Positions 10,836-22,931 of a DNA stretch of 64,000 nucleotides are shown here, in pieces. The notes under the pieces are model-generated. The model was given only the letters and a program-made list of their open reading frames with translations. It ran no database searches and was not told the origin of the DNA. Numbering within the stretch: the first letter of the stretch is position 1; each line of letters begins with the position of its first letter. Origin of the DNA: Podarcis vaucheri (Eukaryota); NCBI GenBank assembly GCA_965113315.1, contig OZ220376.1; one strand, given 5' to 3'. A program made the translations under genes and the position numbers.

Positions 10836-11599
10836 AGACAATCATATGTGTTGTGGCCCATGCTTTCCTGGACTCAGGCTCACTCAAAATGCAGGAAAAC
10901 TTAGTTGGCAGGTATATCAAGGACAAAGTTGTAAAGTGAGACTTGATGGCAATGATGATAATAGCAGTGGCCATGGAGGATAAATTCCCAGACAGGCCCC
11001 TCCGTTTTCCGCACCTCTTGCCGCCAGCAGCAGCAGCAGGAGAGGCGGAGGAGTCGAGACAACAGCGGAGCCCGTGGAACTGGGTCTGTCATCCTGCTCT
11101 GCCTTTGCGGCCGCCCCTGCCTCTGAAGGGAGGCGAAATGCGGGGCCGCCCCCGGGCCCACCAACCGCTGATTCACAGCAGCTTCTGTGCCTTTTAAAAG
11201 TACCAGAAATGTGGTCCTCTGATGCAAATGTTGCAGATCAACACCTTGTTACACTGCGTGCAGACTTCTGGAGAGGGGAAAGGACTCAACAGTTGGATAG
11301 GAATTGGTGGGGGGTTTTTTGGAGGGGGGTGCTAAGAAGGGGGTTGCCAGTGTTGAGTTTGTATGTTTCTCCGCTAGTTAGTGGATGGGACTATAGCTTT
11401 GTTTATTGTTTGAGTATTTTTCTAATTTTTTTTATTAATTTAGGGGTGGACTGTGTTGTCTTTGTTTTCCCAGTATGTCGTATGGAATATTAATGTATCG
11501 TACGATTCTATGGCATACTGTATATCACGATGTCAGTCACTTGGAGACCCCTGTGTGACAAGAAAGTAAAAAGTTTTCAGTAATAAATAAATGGACAGC

Positions 11600-12260
11600 T
11601 GCCCGTGGGAAGATGTTCCTCCCGCCGTCGCGCTGCGTTTGGCTAAAGAAAGAGCCTGTTTGTGTCTCTCCCTCTGCTCTCGACCGAGGAATCCTGCACA
11701 GGGAAAGATTCCTTTCTGGGACGCAGCATGTGCGTCCCAGACAGGTGTCCATCCAACCTCTGCTTAGAAGTCTCCCGTGGAGCCTCAGTCTAGGGACCCT
11801 GGAGGTGGCGGCGCGGAGGAGAGACTTGCGGGGTCTTTGCCGTCTCCTCCTCTCTGCTTGGGCCCGTCCCGTCGGGCAAAGGCAAAGGCGCTCCGCGGCG
11901 AGCGCCCCCTTCTGCGCGGCCGTGAGCAGAGCTGCGCGGGAGACTCACCGTCTAAGCGGCGCCGTCTAAGCTGAGCGCAGAGCGGGCTGTAGGCGCCCAG
12001 CGCGGGGCGGTGCTCTTATATAGAGGCCGGGACGGGAGGGTCATGCAAATGAGGCGTTCGGCCCCGCCCCCGGCCCCTCCCTCCCCGTCCGGCTCCGACG
12101 GGACGATCAGCATGCTGGACAGACGCAGGGGCGACGGCGGTGCGCGGACTCCGGGGCGAGGGAGACGCGCAGGTGAGGAGGCAAAGCTGGCGGCAGGACA
12201 GGGAGTTGCAGGAAGAAGAGCCTTGTTCGAAGGGGAGGACCACAGATCTGCTGCCCCTGC
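11600..12260 (-). promoter_or_regulatory. Orphan CpG-island promoter with GC box, octamer, TATA and first-exon donor
   Basis: Minus-strand order: GC box (12061-12070), CTCATTTGCAT octamer (12043-12053), TATATAAG (12015-12022), probable TSS near 11990, donor ACG|gtgagt at 11949/11948. Confidence 0.65.
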
Positions 12261-13789
12261 AATGTAGATGGCCAGGCAGAGGTGCAGTCAGGACAGGACT
12301 TTGGGGGCAGAACTCTAGGGGTGGACTGAGTCTGAGGGGCCCCAAAACGCAGCAGAGGCTTAACACATAGGTTAAAGCAATACCCATCTCAAGAAGAAGG
12401 GGGAGCCAGTGACTTAAGATTGCCCCCCAGAAGCTGTTGCAGCCCACCCACCACTTTCATGTTAACAATGCCCAGTTAAAATAAATGTTTAAAGTCCTCC
12501 TTGTGAGAGCAGACCTTTTATGCTGGGGTGGGGGAAATAACCCCCTGGTTAGTATTACTACGGTCCACGCCATACAATCCAAGTGCATGCAATGCACATT
12601 TACAGCACACATCTTCCCCCCAAATAATCCTGGGAACAGTAGTTTGTTACTCATGATGGAATTTTACCCTTAACGAGAGGGAAACGACAGGTCCCATAAT
12701 TCTTTGGAGGAAGGCAGGTGCTTTACAGGTGCGTTGAACAACACCTTGTTTCTCATTCTGCCTTGCATCAGCAACAGCCACAACCTACGCACAGGATGCC
12801 AGGCCTAGATCTGTTTCTTTGGAGGCCTCCTGGCCATGGGTCAGCCTAGGCCAGTGGCCTGCCTGGACTGACAGCAGCTCTCCAAGGTCTCAGGCAGAAG
12901 GTCTTTGCCATCCTTTCCACCTGAGACCCTTCAACCGGAAACACTACCAGCTTCACCTGGGACCTCTGTACCTGCAGAGTGCCAAGCACCCAGGTTGCAC
13001 AACCATGAAAGGGCAGACTCCATACTGAAGATCCTTAGGAAAGGAATTGAAAACAAACCTGTCAGTATCATATGTCTATGGTGTGGACACACTTCGAATA
13101 CAATTGTTGTTGGCATCTGTCTCAGGAGACAATGGAGTGTGCCTCTGGGGGTGAAGTCAAACCACTGTGTTAGCATCACTGAAGTGACCTCTCTGGGTGC
13201 AAGCTTTAAAAAAACCCTTTTTTTAAAAAAAAACTTAACCAAACAAAAACCCTACTGTGCTGCGTGAAGACCTAGGAAGCCAAGATTGCATTATTCATGC
13301 CTTTATCTTGTTCGGCAAGCAGTGGTTCGTCAACTTGGGGGGGGGGGATTTAGTGTCCAAGATTTCGGGGCATGCAGAGTACAGGCAAATGAGAAGCACC
13401 TACAGCATGGAGTTATTTGGTTGATTGTTTTTTTTCAGGGGTAGGTGGGCATTAGAGTGAACAGGGCCAGAGCCTAGAAAGGATTATAGTGAATATGTCT
13501 AAGGAACTGGGATTAACTGATACCAAGTACAGGCTGACCAAAGGAAGCAGTGGCCTCGTATTCCCAGGGGAAATTACTGGATGCATCCAAGCATGTCTGA
13601 TGAGATGCAAGAGGCTGTATTTGAGCAAAAGAAGCAGGAGATCGGTACATCCTATGCAGTGGCAAAAATGTGGGGTGGATTTGCTTGAAGTGCCGCAGCA
13701 AAGCATTTTGTGTGCAAAAGGACAAAGTTCTGTTCTTTTGGGCATCTCCAGGTAGGGCTGGGAAAGACACCTGTCTGGAATCCCCCAAA

Positions 13790-14041
13790 AGGAAGAAGAA
13801 GAAGAGTTTGGATTTGATATCCTGCTTTATCACTCCCCTTCAGGAGTCTCAAAGCGGCTAACAATCTCCTTTCCCTTCCTCCCCCACAACAAACACTCTG
13901 TGAGGTGAGTGGGGCTGAGAGACTTCAGAGAAGTGTGACTGGCCCAAGGTCACCCAGCAGCTGCAGGTGGAGGAGCGGAGACACGAACCCAGTTCCCCAG
14001 ATTACGAGTCCACTGCTCTTAACCACTACACCACACTGGCA
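13790..14041 (-). mobile_element. tRNA-derived CORE-type SINE with (TTC)n tail
   Basis: Minus-strand head gccagtgtggtgtagtggttaagagc (A/B boxes), CORE-like ggtgaccttgggccagtcac, TTC tail. Confidence 0.75.
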
Positions 14042-14689
14042 CCAGTCCATGTAGGTAATACTGAGGAAAATAGACCAATGGTCCGGCTCAGTGCAAGTCG
14101 TGCTTTGAATGTTCAAGAAGCAGGGCTTTCGGTGATGTTCAAGAAGCTTTATAGCTCAGTGGTCAGACATTTGGTTTGTATGTAGAAGGTCCCAGGTTAG
14201 TCTAGCTCTAGGTAGGACCAGGAAAGACCACAGTTCAGACCTGCACAGCTGCTGCCAGTCAGTGCAGATGATTCTGATCCAGATCTGAAACAGTATAAGG
14301 CTGCTACATACCACTTGAAACATGCCCCATCTTTGTTAAATCAGACTTTGTTTCAGAGCATGGAGGAAAAGAAAGTATGTGCAACTACAGCATGCCCAAC
14401 CCTTGCTTGCCCAAGAGGTTTATATGAATAGGATGGTCATTTCCCGGTCAGTGTTCTACAGAGCACATGAGAAGACCCAGGATTAGAATTCTTATTGATT
14501 TACTCCCACTTTTCCTCCAAGGAGTGCAAGGTCCTCTCCCCATTTTATCCTCACAACAACCCTGGGAGGGAGGTCAGGCTGAGAGGCTGTGATTGGCCCA
14601 AGGTCACCCCATGAGCTTCATGGCTGTGGGGATTTGAATGCCAGGCTCTCAGGCTCTTCTTATATTTTTATATTGTACCTGTGAGTGAA

Positions 14690-15040
14690 GTGATGCGGGT
14701 GGCGCTGTGGGTTAAACCACAGAGCCTAGGGCTTGCCAATCAGAAGGTTGGTGGTTCAAATCCCTGCGACGGGGTGAGCTCCCGTTGCTCGGTCCCTGCT
14801 CCTGTCAACCTAGCAGTTCAAAAGCACGTCAAAGTGCAAGTAGATAAATAGGTACCGCTTTGGCGGGAAGGTAAACGGCATTTCCGTGCACTGCTCTGGT
14901 TTGGTCAGAAGTGGCTTAGTCATGCCGGCCACATGACCCGGAAGCTGTACGCCGGCTCCCTTGGCCAATAAAGCGAGATGAGCGCCGCAACCCCAGAGTC
15001 GGCCATGACTGGACCTAATGGTCAGGGGTCCCTTTACCTT
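14690..15040 (+). mobile_element. Sauria SINE
   Basis: Full length; TSD tacctgtgagtgaa (14676-14689 / 15041-15054). Confidence 0.92.
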
Positions 15041-16959
15041 TACCTGTGAGTGAAAGTATGGTTGGCATTTGGAGAAGACTGGAAGGAGGCTTCAATCTGT
15101 GTTCTGTGCGGGGAGACTATGAAACAAGTTGAGTGCCTTTCTATAGAGCACAGGAGGATCGGTCCAAGTATGATAAGCAGTCATTCATTGTTTCTGTTTT
15201 TTGTTTGTTTTCAATTATGAGCAATAATCAGTTTCCTTTATGGTCTAATCCAAGGTTGGCAACACCACTTGGGGCACCTGCCCACACCCACTGCCCTGGC
15301 AGGGCATGCCCCATGCTTTGTAACCCTCTTCCACCCAGTCTGGCACTCACAGCAGTGCCAGGTGGCTGGATCTAGCCATGCTTTTCCCCACAATGCCCTT
15401 GACCTCTAGCATCACCCTGGAGCATTGTGGGAAATTCAAAGGGCAGCTTGGAATGCACAGCTGCCCAGCATTGCTTGGGATGCTGTCAACACAGCAAGTT
15501 CAGCCCCCCAGGGCCCAGCTGAGAGAGGAGGGAGTCCACCTGGGGATACTTTGCACAGGGCCAGTCAAATCTGATGGAATTTAAGAACTGTGAAAGGACG
15601 GCTCAGATTTCTGAAGTATTATCTCTCACTGCCTGCCAAAGGTGAACTACCCATTCGCTCTGAAGTCTCCGTGTTTTTAAATGTCTATCCGATCAGCTAT
15701 GGATATTGCCTTGGTCCCTAGAACTCATTTTGATGGATTTTTTTCAGTAGTTAGAGATTTAATCTGCTCTTGCATTTCCCTTTTAAACAGTCTCCCATGC
15801 TGGGGTGGCCCGATAATGATCAGAAAGCTCAGAAGCCTCGTTTTTCATTTCTTAATATACAAAGCCTGAAAAATAATAATAAGCAAAATACATCCAAACC
15901 TTGCATTTTGGAAGCATAATTATATGATATAGAGGGAATCAAAATCTGTTTAATTTATGCTTATCAGAGAACTTGGATTTACATTAGCAAACAATGTATC
16001 TAGGGTACCTCTGAAGCTAATATGCCCAATTTAGTAGCTGCCAGTTCATCACAAGAGAAGCTTCCATCTCAAGTGAAAGCAGAAATCAGGTGTAATGTTT
16101 GTAGTACAGGCAAGTAAACAACTGATTGCTGGGTCTTGCAAGACACCCATGCACAGTGCTCTGCAAAAGGTAGTCACCCGACATCATTGTGACCTCAGAG
16201 GAGTCACAAGTGGGTGGCCCAGCGCATTTGTCAAAGTCATCCCCCCTAGACTGGGGAAGATTAAGGATCCAGTTCCTCATGCCTCAGCTAGAGATTGCTC
16301 TGGCCCTTTTGACACACACAGTTTACCCTGCATTTAACATACTTGTGGTTCCTACGCGCTGCACACATTTTACAGGCTTTACCTACCATTACAGAATTAT
16401 CATGCAATGGCTACAATGCTGCTGGAACAGTATTTTAGGGAGAAAGTGTGCAACAGCCACACAGAAACCAGGGCTTCTTAAGGATGCTGGGAGGTAGATA
16501 GATAGAAGATTCACTTCACTCCTCCCCAAATCCTGCCTCTTTGCCAGCAAAGTCTGCTGTAGGCTTGTCGTTACAGTTAAATCCCATGGGATGGAGGAAT
16601 CTTAATGCTTTTTTTTCTTCTTGCTTTCTGGAAAAAAAAGTGCCATTCTTAGGCAATATTTGTGGGTGACACCTCTCTTCGCAGCAATTAGCTGTTGCCT
16701 ACATGCGGGATATCAGCATCTGCACACAGTGTAACAAGGTGTTGATTAGCAACATTTGCATCAGGGGACACACGCACAAATGCCCAAGAAAAGGATGCAG
16801 CCAAAGGACCACATTTCTGGTACTTTTAAAAGGCACGGAAGCAAATCTAAGGACTATTAAAACACACACACATAACTTTTTAGCCTGCTTTTCAGACAAG
16901 TTGACTCCCTTACTCACCTGAAGACAGTGAATATTAAAGTGGCACTAAGGCTCATAGGA

Positions 16960-17315
16960 GGGACGCGGGAGGCGCTGTGGTCTAAACCACAGAGCCTAGG
17001 GCTTGTCGATCAGAAGGTTGGCAGTTCGAATCCCCGCAACAGAGTGAGCTTCCATTGCTCAGTCCCAGCTCCTGCCAACCTAGCAGTTCAAAAGCATGTC
17101 AAAGTGCAAGTAGATAAATAGGTACCGCTCCAGCGGGAAGATAAACGGCATTTCCATGCGCAGCTCTGGTTCACCAGAAGCGGCTTAGTCATGCTGGCCA
17201 CATGACCCGGAAGTTGTACACTGGCTCCCTTGGCCAGTAAAACGAGATGAGCGCTGCAACCCCAGAGTCGTCTGTGACTGGACCTAATGGTGAGGGGTCC
17301 ATTAACATTTACCTT
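16960..17315 (+). mobile_element. Sauria SINE
   Basis: Full length; TSD taaggctcatagga (16946-16959 / 17316-17329). Confidence 0.92.
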
Positions 17316-18217
17316 TAAGGCTCATAGGACTACAGAAAGCTGCCTTACACTCATTGAGACCCTTGTGTCCATCTAGCTATGTATTGCCTGCACTGACTGG
17401 CAGCAGCTCTCCAGGGTTTTAGACTGCCATGTCTCCCAGCGCTACCCGAAGATGCTAGGAATTGAACCTGTGACTTTCCACGTGCAAGGCAGATGCTCTA
17501 CGATGGAACTGCAGCCCACTGGCAAAAAAGTGGCGCTGGTGACCATTCTACGTCAGGGGGAGAAACCTCTAGAAGTTGCCAAACTGCAACTCCCATCACC
17601 TCAGGCCATTGGCTATGCTTGCTGGAGCTGTTGGAAGCTGTAGCTCAGCAATCCCTATAGGGCAAAAGGTTCCACACCCCTGTGGGCTCCACACAACCTC
17701 TGGCCTGTGGGCCTAATTCAGCCCAGAAGGCTGTTTTCCCCAAAAAACCATCCCCACCTGCTCCATACTGGACATTGTATGTGGACAGGCATAGCCATCA
17801 GGAACTCCCTAGTGCAGCTAGTGGGCCCTGCTTTCAGCGCAGATCAGGTGATGGATGTTGAGCCCCCTCAAAGAAGTCACCTCCACAGGGTGGAGGAATT
17901 TGGCACACCAACCAAACCCAATTCCTCACCACTTGCCCACATATTAGGCAAACAGGGTTGCTGTATGCTATTCTTTCAGCCTCATCTGGCTCATTTTCAG
18001 TCTGCAATAAGGGTCTAGCACTAGGCTAGGGTTGTTGTGAACCACTCTCAGCCTCATCCTCCAACATGTAATAGCAACAGTAGACCATGTTGTAGGGTTC
18101 TTGCAAGCTTTTCTCTCTCAGCCTCAGATGCTCCAAAACTAGTAATTTGGTGTTACCGGGCTGCATTGACGGCAGCATTGCATTTTGCAGGGCGGGGCTA
18201 TTTTATATATGCATATA

Positions 18218-18438
18218 CAGTCATACCTTGGAAGTCGAATGAAATCCATTCCGAAAGTCCATTTGACTTCCAAAACGTTCACAAACCAAATCGGGGCTTC
18301 TGATTGGCTGCAGCAAGCCCTGTCAGATGTTCAGCTTCCAAAAATAGTTTGCAAACCGGAACAGTCATTTCCAGGTTTGCGACGTTTGGGAGACAAAACG
18401 TTTGAGAACTAAGCTGTTTGAAAACCAAGCTACAACTG
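18218..18438. mobile_element. Tc1/mariner-pogo type MITE (degenerate)
   Basis: TA-flanked cagt...actg ends; related to 63760-63959. Confidence 0.65.
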
Positions 18439-18720
18439 TACACACAAAAGATTTGCCCTTATCGGTAGCCCACTTGGTCCAAGATACAACATCAAATGTT
18501 TGGTGGCCAGCTGCAGGCTGACTTCAAAGTTCTTAGGAGCAGAGTGTACCAAGGTTTTATCCTCATTTTATCTTCCCAGCAAACCTATGAAGCAAGTTAA
18601 GGCTGAGATATTGATCAAGTGCCAATTTTGTGATCCAGTGAGGAGTTATTTGAACTTCACTGCTCCTAACTGCTAGACCACACTGGCTTTCTTTCTGCTT
18701 CCAAATTCTACCACCTAAGG

Positions 18721-18860
18721 CAGGGGTGGGGAATGTTTGGACCAACAGGTGCTGCCATACTACAACTCCCATCAGCCCCAGCCAGCTTGGGCAATGGCCA
18801 GGGATGATGGGAGTTGTAGTTCAGCAGCATCTGAAGGGCCGCCAAAGGTTCCCTACCCTG
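18721..18860. mobile_element. Palindromic hAT-derived MITE (actacaactcccat core)
   Basis: cagggg...ccctg ends with internal inverted tacaactcccatc / gatgggagttgta; many degenerate relatives across the window. Confidence 0.7.
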
Positions 18861-20522
18861 AGCAAAGATTAAACATACCACTCCGCCAAGGGTTTCAACC
18901 TGAAGCCAGTCTGGATTCCAGATTCACTGCAAAGTGACAGATGTGGGAATATTAGCACATTAGCTGGTGATGCGCACGCAAGCGACAAGCCAGCATGTTA
19001 GAAACTGCCAGAGGAGCTCGCGCCGTCACGGCTATGAGGATGCGATTGTGCTAAAACACACACACGTCTTTGGTGACCTTTTCTAAAGGAGGTGTGATGC
19101 TGTTGGGGCAGGAGTCAAGTTACTAATGAGAAAGTGCCCTCTGCTCTTAATGGGGAGCTACAAAGAGAAAAACGAACCAGTGCATAAAATCACAGCATTT
19201 AGAGATCACGTACATAGCACGGAAGGCAATGCTACCTTCCCTCTGGTCACCTGGTTCCTTACTACGGCATGCCATGGATATTGACAAGCAGCCCTGCTTG
19301 GGACAGACACGCTGTGTGCTGACTTCTCTCCACCCCCAAGCTTGCCATGCAAGCACAGCATCAATGAAACCGTGGGGGGAAAGGGGTCCTCCACATCTTT
19401 AGAATGCAGAGAAGCAAGTCTCTGGGTAGCGCACAGTGAAGGCTCCAGAATGCAAGGGATGCTTTTCTTTTCCTTCAAGTCCTGTCTCAGAACCCAGCTT
19501 TAGGAACACCGAAGATTGTTTTGTGTCAGGTCAGGCTCCTTGTCCATCTAGGCCAGGGATATGGGGAACCTTTGACCCTGCAGGTGCAGTTGGACTACAA
19601 CCCCTCATGCCTGACTGTTCCAGACGAGGTTGATGTCAAGTTGGAATCCAACATGTCCCCCCATCCCTGATCTAACCAATCATTGCCTGTTCCTCTGTAT
19701 CTGGAGGTAGCTCTCCAGAGTTTCAGACCGTGCATTCTCTCTCTTCACTTGATACCAGATGATTTTTTGAACTGAAAATACCGGGGATTGAACCTAGGAA
19801 TTTCTGCAGGCAAAGCATGCATTCGACCACCAAGCTATGGCTCCTTCCCCAAAGAGGTATGCCAAAGCCTGTGCTTAACCCATCTTTGTCCCCAAGTCTG
19901 TGAAGCTATATTTGCTCATGTTCCTTTGCATTTCCCCTCACCTTCGCATTTCCTCTGCTATGTTGAGACTTGTCCGGCTTTAGAATGCAAGATCCTTGTG
20001 CAAGGACATGTCTTTCTTGCTTCTACCAAAAGGTCTGGCACAATTTTTAGGCCCTTTTTGCACTCCCACCAGTATATTGCCATTGGTGATGGCAATATAC
20101 TTGAACTGCTCAACATGCCCAACAGATCCCTGCAGCAATGAAGCAGCAGAGTCCAAAGTACTCTGTTCTGCTCTTTAAAGAACAAAAGCCCTGCTTAAAC
20201 ATTTCCCTGCAAATAGAAAGCTAAGCATGAGCTGGGTTAGATGTTTCTTCCCCAGTTTTCTGTCTGATTACCTTATTTTTTATTTTATTTTTACACAAGG
20301 GGGAAGCATTCACAAAGGACATCCCCAATCTGAAGTGGTACGGTACGTTCCACTCTGCACCTCCAGATTCTCCCATCTCATTCTGCTGCAGGTGTCAACC
20401 AGGTCCTTTCTATGAAGAGTCCCATGTGGTCTTCATCTGACTTTTGTGGTAGAACTCAGTACCTCTTCTTGATAGGCTGTACACCATTGCCCATTCACAT
20501 CTCACTGTGTCCTGTGCAAGTA

Positions 20523-20762
20523 CAGTGGTACCTCTGGATGCGAACGGGATCCGTTCCGGAGCCCTGTTCGCATCCTGAAGAAAACACAACCTGCGTCTGC
20601 GCGTGTCACAATTCACCACTTCTACACATACGTGTGACGTCATTTTGAGCGTGTGCGCATATGGTGAAACCCGGAAGTAACGGTTTCCGTTACTTCCGGG
20701 TCGCCGCAGAGTACAACCTGAAAACGCTCAACCTGAAGCAACTTTAACCCGAGGTATGACTG
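20523..20762. mobile_element. Tc1/mariner-pogo type MITE
   Basis: cagtggtacctc / gaggtatgactg ends; shares its right TA with the next MITE. Confidence 0.75.
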
Positions 20763-20764
20763 TA

Positions 20765-21432
20765 CAGTGGTACCTCTGGTTACATATGTAATTCGTTCTG
20801 GAGGTCCTGAAACTGAAGCTGTTCTTAACCTGAAGCACCACTTTAGCTAATGGGGCCTCCCGCTGCTGCCGCACGCCGCCATGCAATTTCTGTTCTCATC
20901 CTGAAGCAAAGTTCTTAACCTGAAGCACTATTTCCAGAGGAGGGCAACCAAAATGGTCAAAGGCCTGGAAACGATGCCTTATGAGGAACGGCTAAGGGAG
21001 CTGGGCATGTTTAGCCTGGAGAAAAGGATGTTAAGGGGTGATATGATAGCCATGTTCAAATATATAAAAGGATGTCACATAGAGGAGGGAGAAAGGTTGT
21101 TTTCTGCTGCTCCAGAGAAGCGGACACGGAGCAATGGATCTAAACTACAAGAAAGAAGATTCCACCTAAACATTAGGAAGAACTTCCAGACAGTAAGAGC
21201 TGTTCGACAGTGGAATTTGCTGCCAAGGAGTGTGGTGGAGTCTCCTTCTTTGGAGGTCTTTAAGCAGAGGCTTGACAGCCATATGTCAGGAGTGCTCTGA
21301 TGGTGTTTCCTGCTTGGCAGGGGGTTGGACTCGATGGCCCTTGTGGTCCCTTCCAACTCTATGATTCTATGATTCTATTTCTAGGTTAGCGGAGTCTGTA
21401 ACCTGAAGCGTATGTAACCCGAGGTACCACTG
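20765..21432. mobile_element. Tc1/mariner-pogo type MITE interrupted by a CR1 insertion
   Basis: Same family as 5346-5579 and 31939-32163, in reverse orientation; halves at 20765-20934 and about 21378-21432. Confidence 0.8.
20935..21377 (+). mobile_element. CR1 LINE 3' fragment
   Basis: ORF2 C-terminus [25 protein letters not shown]...VFKQRLD with (ATTCTATG)n tail. Confidence 0.93.
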
Positions 21433-22176
21433 TATCCTGAAGCTTTCTTGTTGGAGGGGCAGGGCACACATTTTAAAGCAATTTCCTAGTTGTTTTAATG
21501 ATGCCTCATGGGTCACTGGCAGAGCGTCTGCTTTCCATGCAGAAAGCTCTAGGTTTAATTTCTAGCATCTCCCAGTAGGGCTGGGAAAATTCCCCACCTG
21601 AAATTCTGGAGAGTTGCTGGCAGTGAATTTAAACAGGACTGAGCTAGAATGACCAGTGGTCTGGCTCAGTACAAGATAGCTTCTTATGTTCCTACTGCAA
21701 CTGGCTTTTGCATGCTGTGTCAAATAATGTTCCACTACAACACAGCAGGGACTGTGTTGTCCCAATGGGAGTTCTTGCAAACATATAGAAAATATACGTG
21801 CCACAATAATTGGAGCCTTTCACTCAAGGAAAGGTGGTGGTGGAGGAGCAGAATTGTATTGTGCCCGGTAAAACAAGCATGGCTATTCAAATGCCAAGTC
21901 AAGTACTCCATGCTGTTCCCTGTAGTTCTCAAAGGAGACCTTAGAAGCTGCTATACTTTTACAGTTTTAAAATCAGAAGGTATGATAGGGATTATGGGTG
22001 CCTCGCGATGTTTCATTTAGATCTTGATACAGTCTGCTTGCCCCATGGATTCATCCACTTGTGGTGCCCTCAAGCTGGTCGCCAAAGCCCTGCTCCCGTC
22101 TAACTTAATGTGACCAGCAAGAACGAAGAGAGAACTCATAAGCTCATAGAAAGACAAGATGCTTTGGCTTAAATCT

Positions 22177-22182
22177 TTTAAT
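22177..22182 (-). terminator. Candidate SEC11A polyadenylation signal (ATTAAA)
   Basis: Plus-strand tttaat = ATTAAA on the minus strand, about 210 nt after the stop, in U-rich context. Confidence 0.45.
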
Positions 22183-22388
22183 ATAAAAATCCACTGATGT
22201 ACAAAAATGCTAAAATGTGACAAACTGTTCAAAATACTGGGATCGACTCTCCTGTTACACGGCTGTTGAAAAACAAAAACAAAAGCCAAACCGAACTTGG
22301 TTAAGAAGCAGTGAAATGTACATACATCACACCTCACTGTCTACTCAAGAGCAAATGGCATCTCCAGCTGGCCTCCCTGGGTGGCAGG

Positions 22389-22439
22389 CTACTCTCGATG
22401 CACCAGCACAAACAAGCCCAGTAGAAAGAGGACAGTGTA
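22389..22439 (-). CDS. SEC11A: SEC11A exon 6 (terminal, YTVLFLLGLFVLVHRE*)
   Basis: Acceptor tctttcccccccacag|, TAG at 22389-22391. The six exons total 540 nt = 179 aa + stop. Confidence 0.96.
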   Translation of the reverse strand, partial: YTVLFLLGLFVLVHRE

Positions 22440-22746
22440 CTGTGGGGGGGAAAGACAAAAGGATTTGAGCTGTCAAACACACTTACAGCTTAGGTATAAG
22501 AATGCACAATCGTAATTTGTAGAATAGAATGGAAGACAGGCTACTATACAGGATCTCAAGATTTCATAGAATCACAACACCTCAGCTTAACAAAACCAAA
22601 ACAAAACTGTAATGCCTTTAAAAATGTGGGCTGGTTGTTTTTTTTTTTTTGGGGGGGGTTGTTTTTGTTTTATTTTGATTATGTAATTTCGGTTTTTATA
22701 TTTGATTTTATCCTGTGAACCCCCTGAGACCTGTGGGTATAGAGTG

Positions 22747-22748
<2 letters not shown>

Positions 22749-22790
<42 letters not shown>
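22749..22790. repeat. (AAT)n microsatellite
   Basis: Read directly; similar tracts at ~33150-33190 and ~42076-42118. Confidence 0.9.
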
Positions 22791-22792
<2 letters not shown>

Positions 22793-22884
22793 CATCAAGG
22801 TGGCAAACTAATACCTGGACAGTGGATCATATCACCACCTTCAGACTGCAGTTGGGGTTTACATGATGGGATCAAACCCACCCC

Positions 22885-22931
<47 letters not shown>

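Noticed and set aside
11949-12053. Histone H2B or snRNA gene suggested by octamer + TATA
   Set aside because: No histone ORF, histone stem-loop, recognisable PSE or snRNA sequence follows; only the promoter architecture is kept as a finding.
20300-20440. Apparent two-exon plus-strand frame GEAFTKDIPNLKW/CQPGPFYEESHVVFI*
   Set aside because: The implied intron is only 54 nt, below the usual vertebrate minimum, and no homology is recognised.
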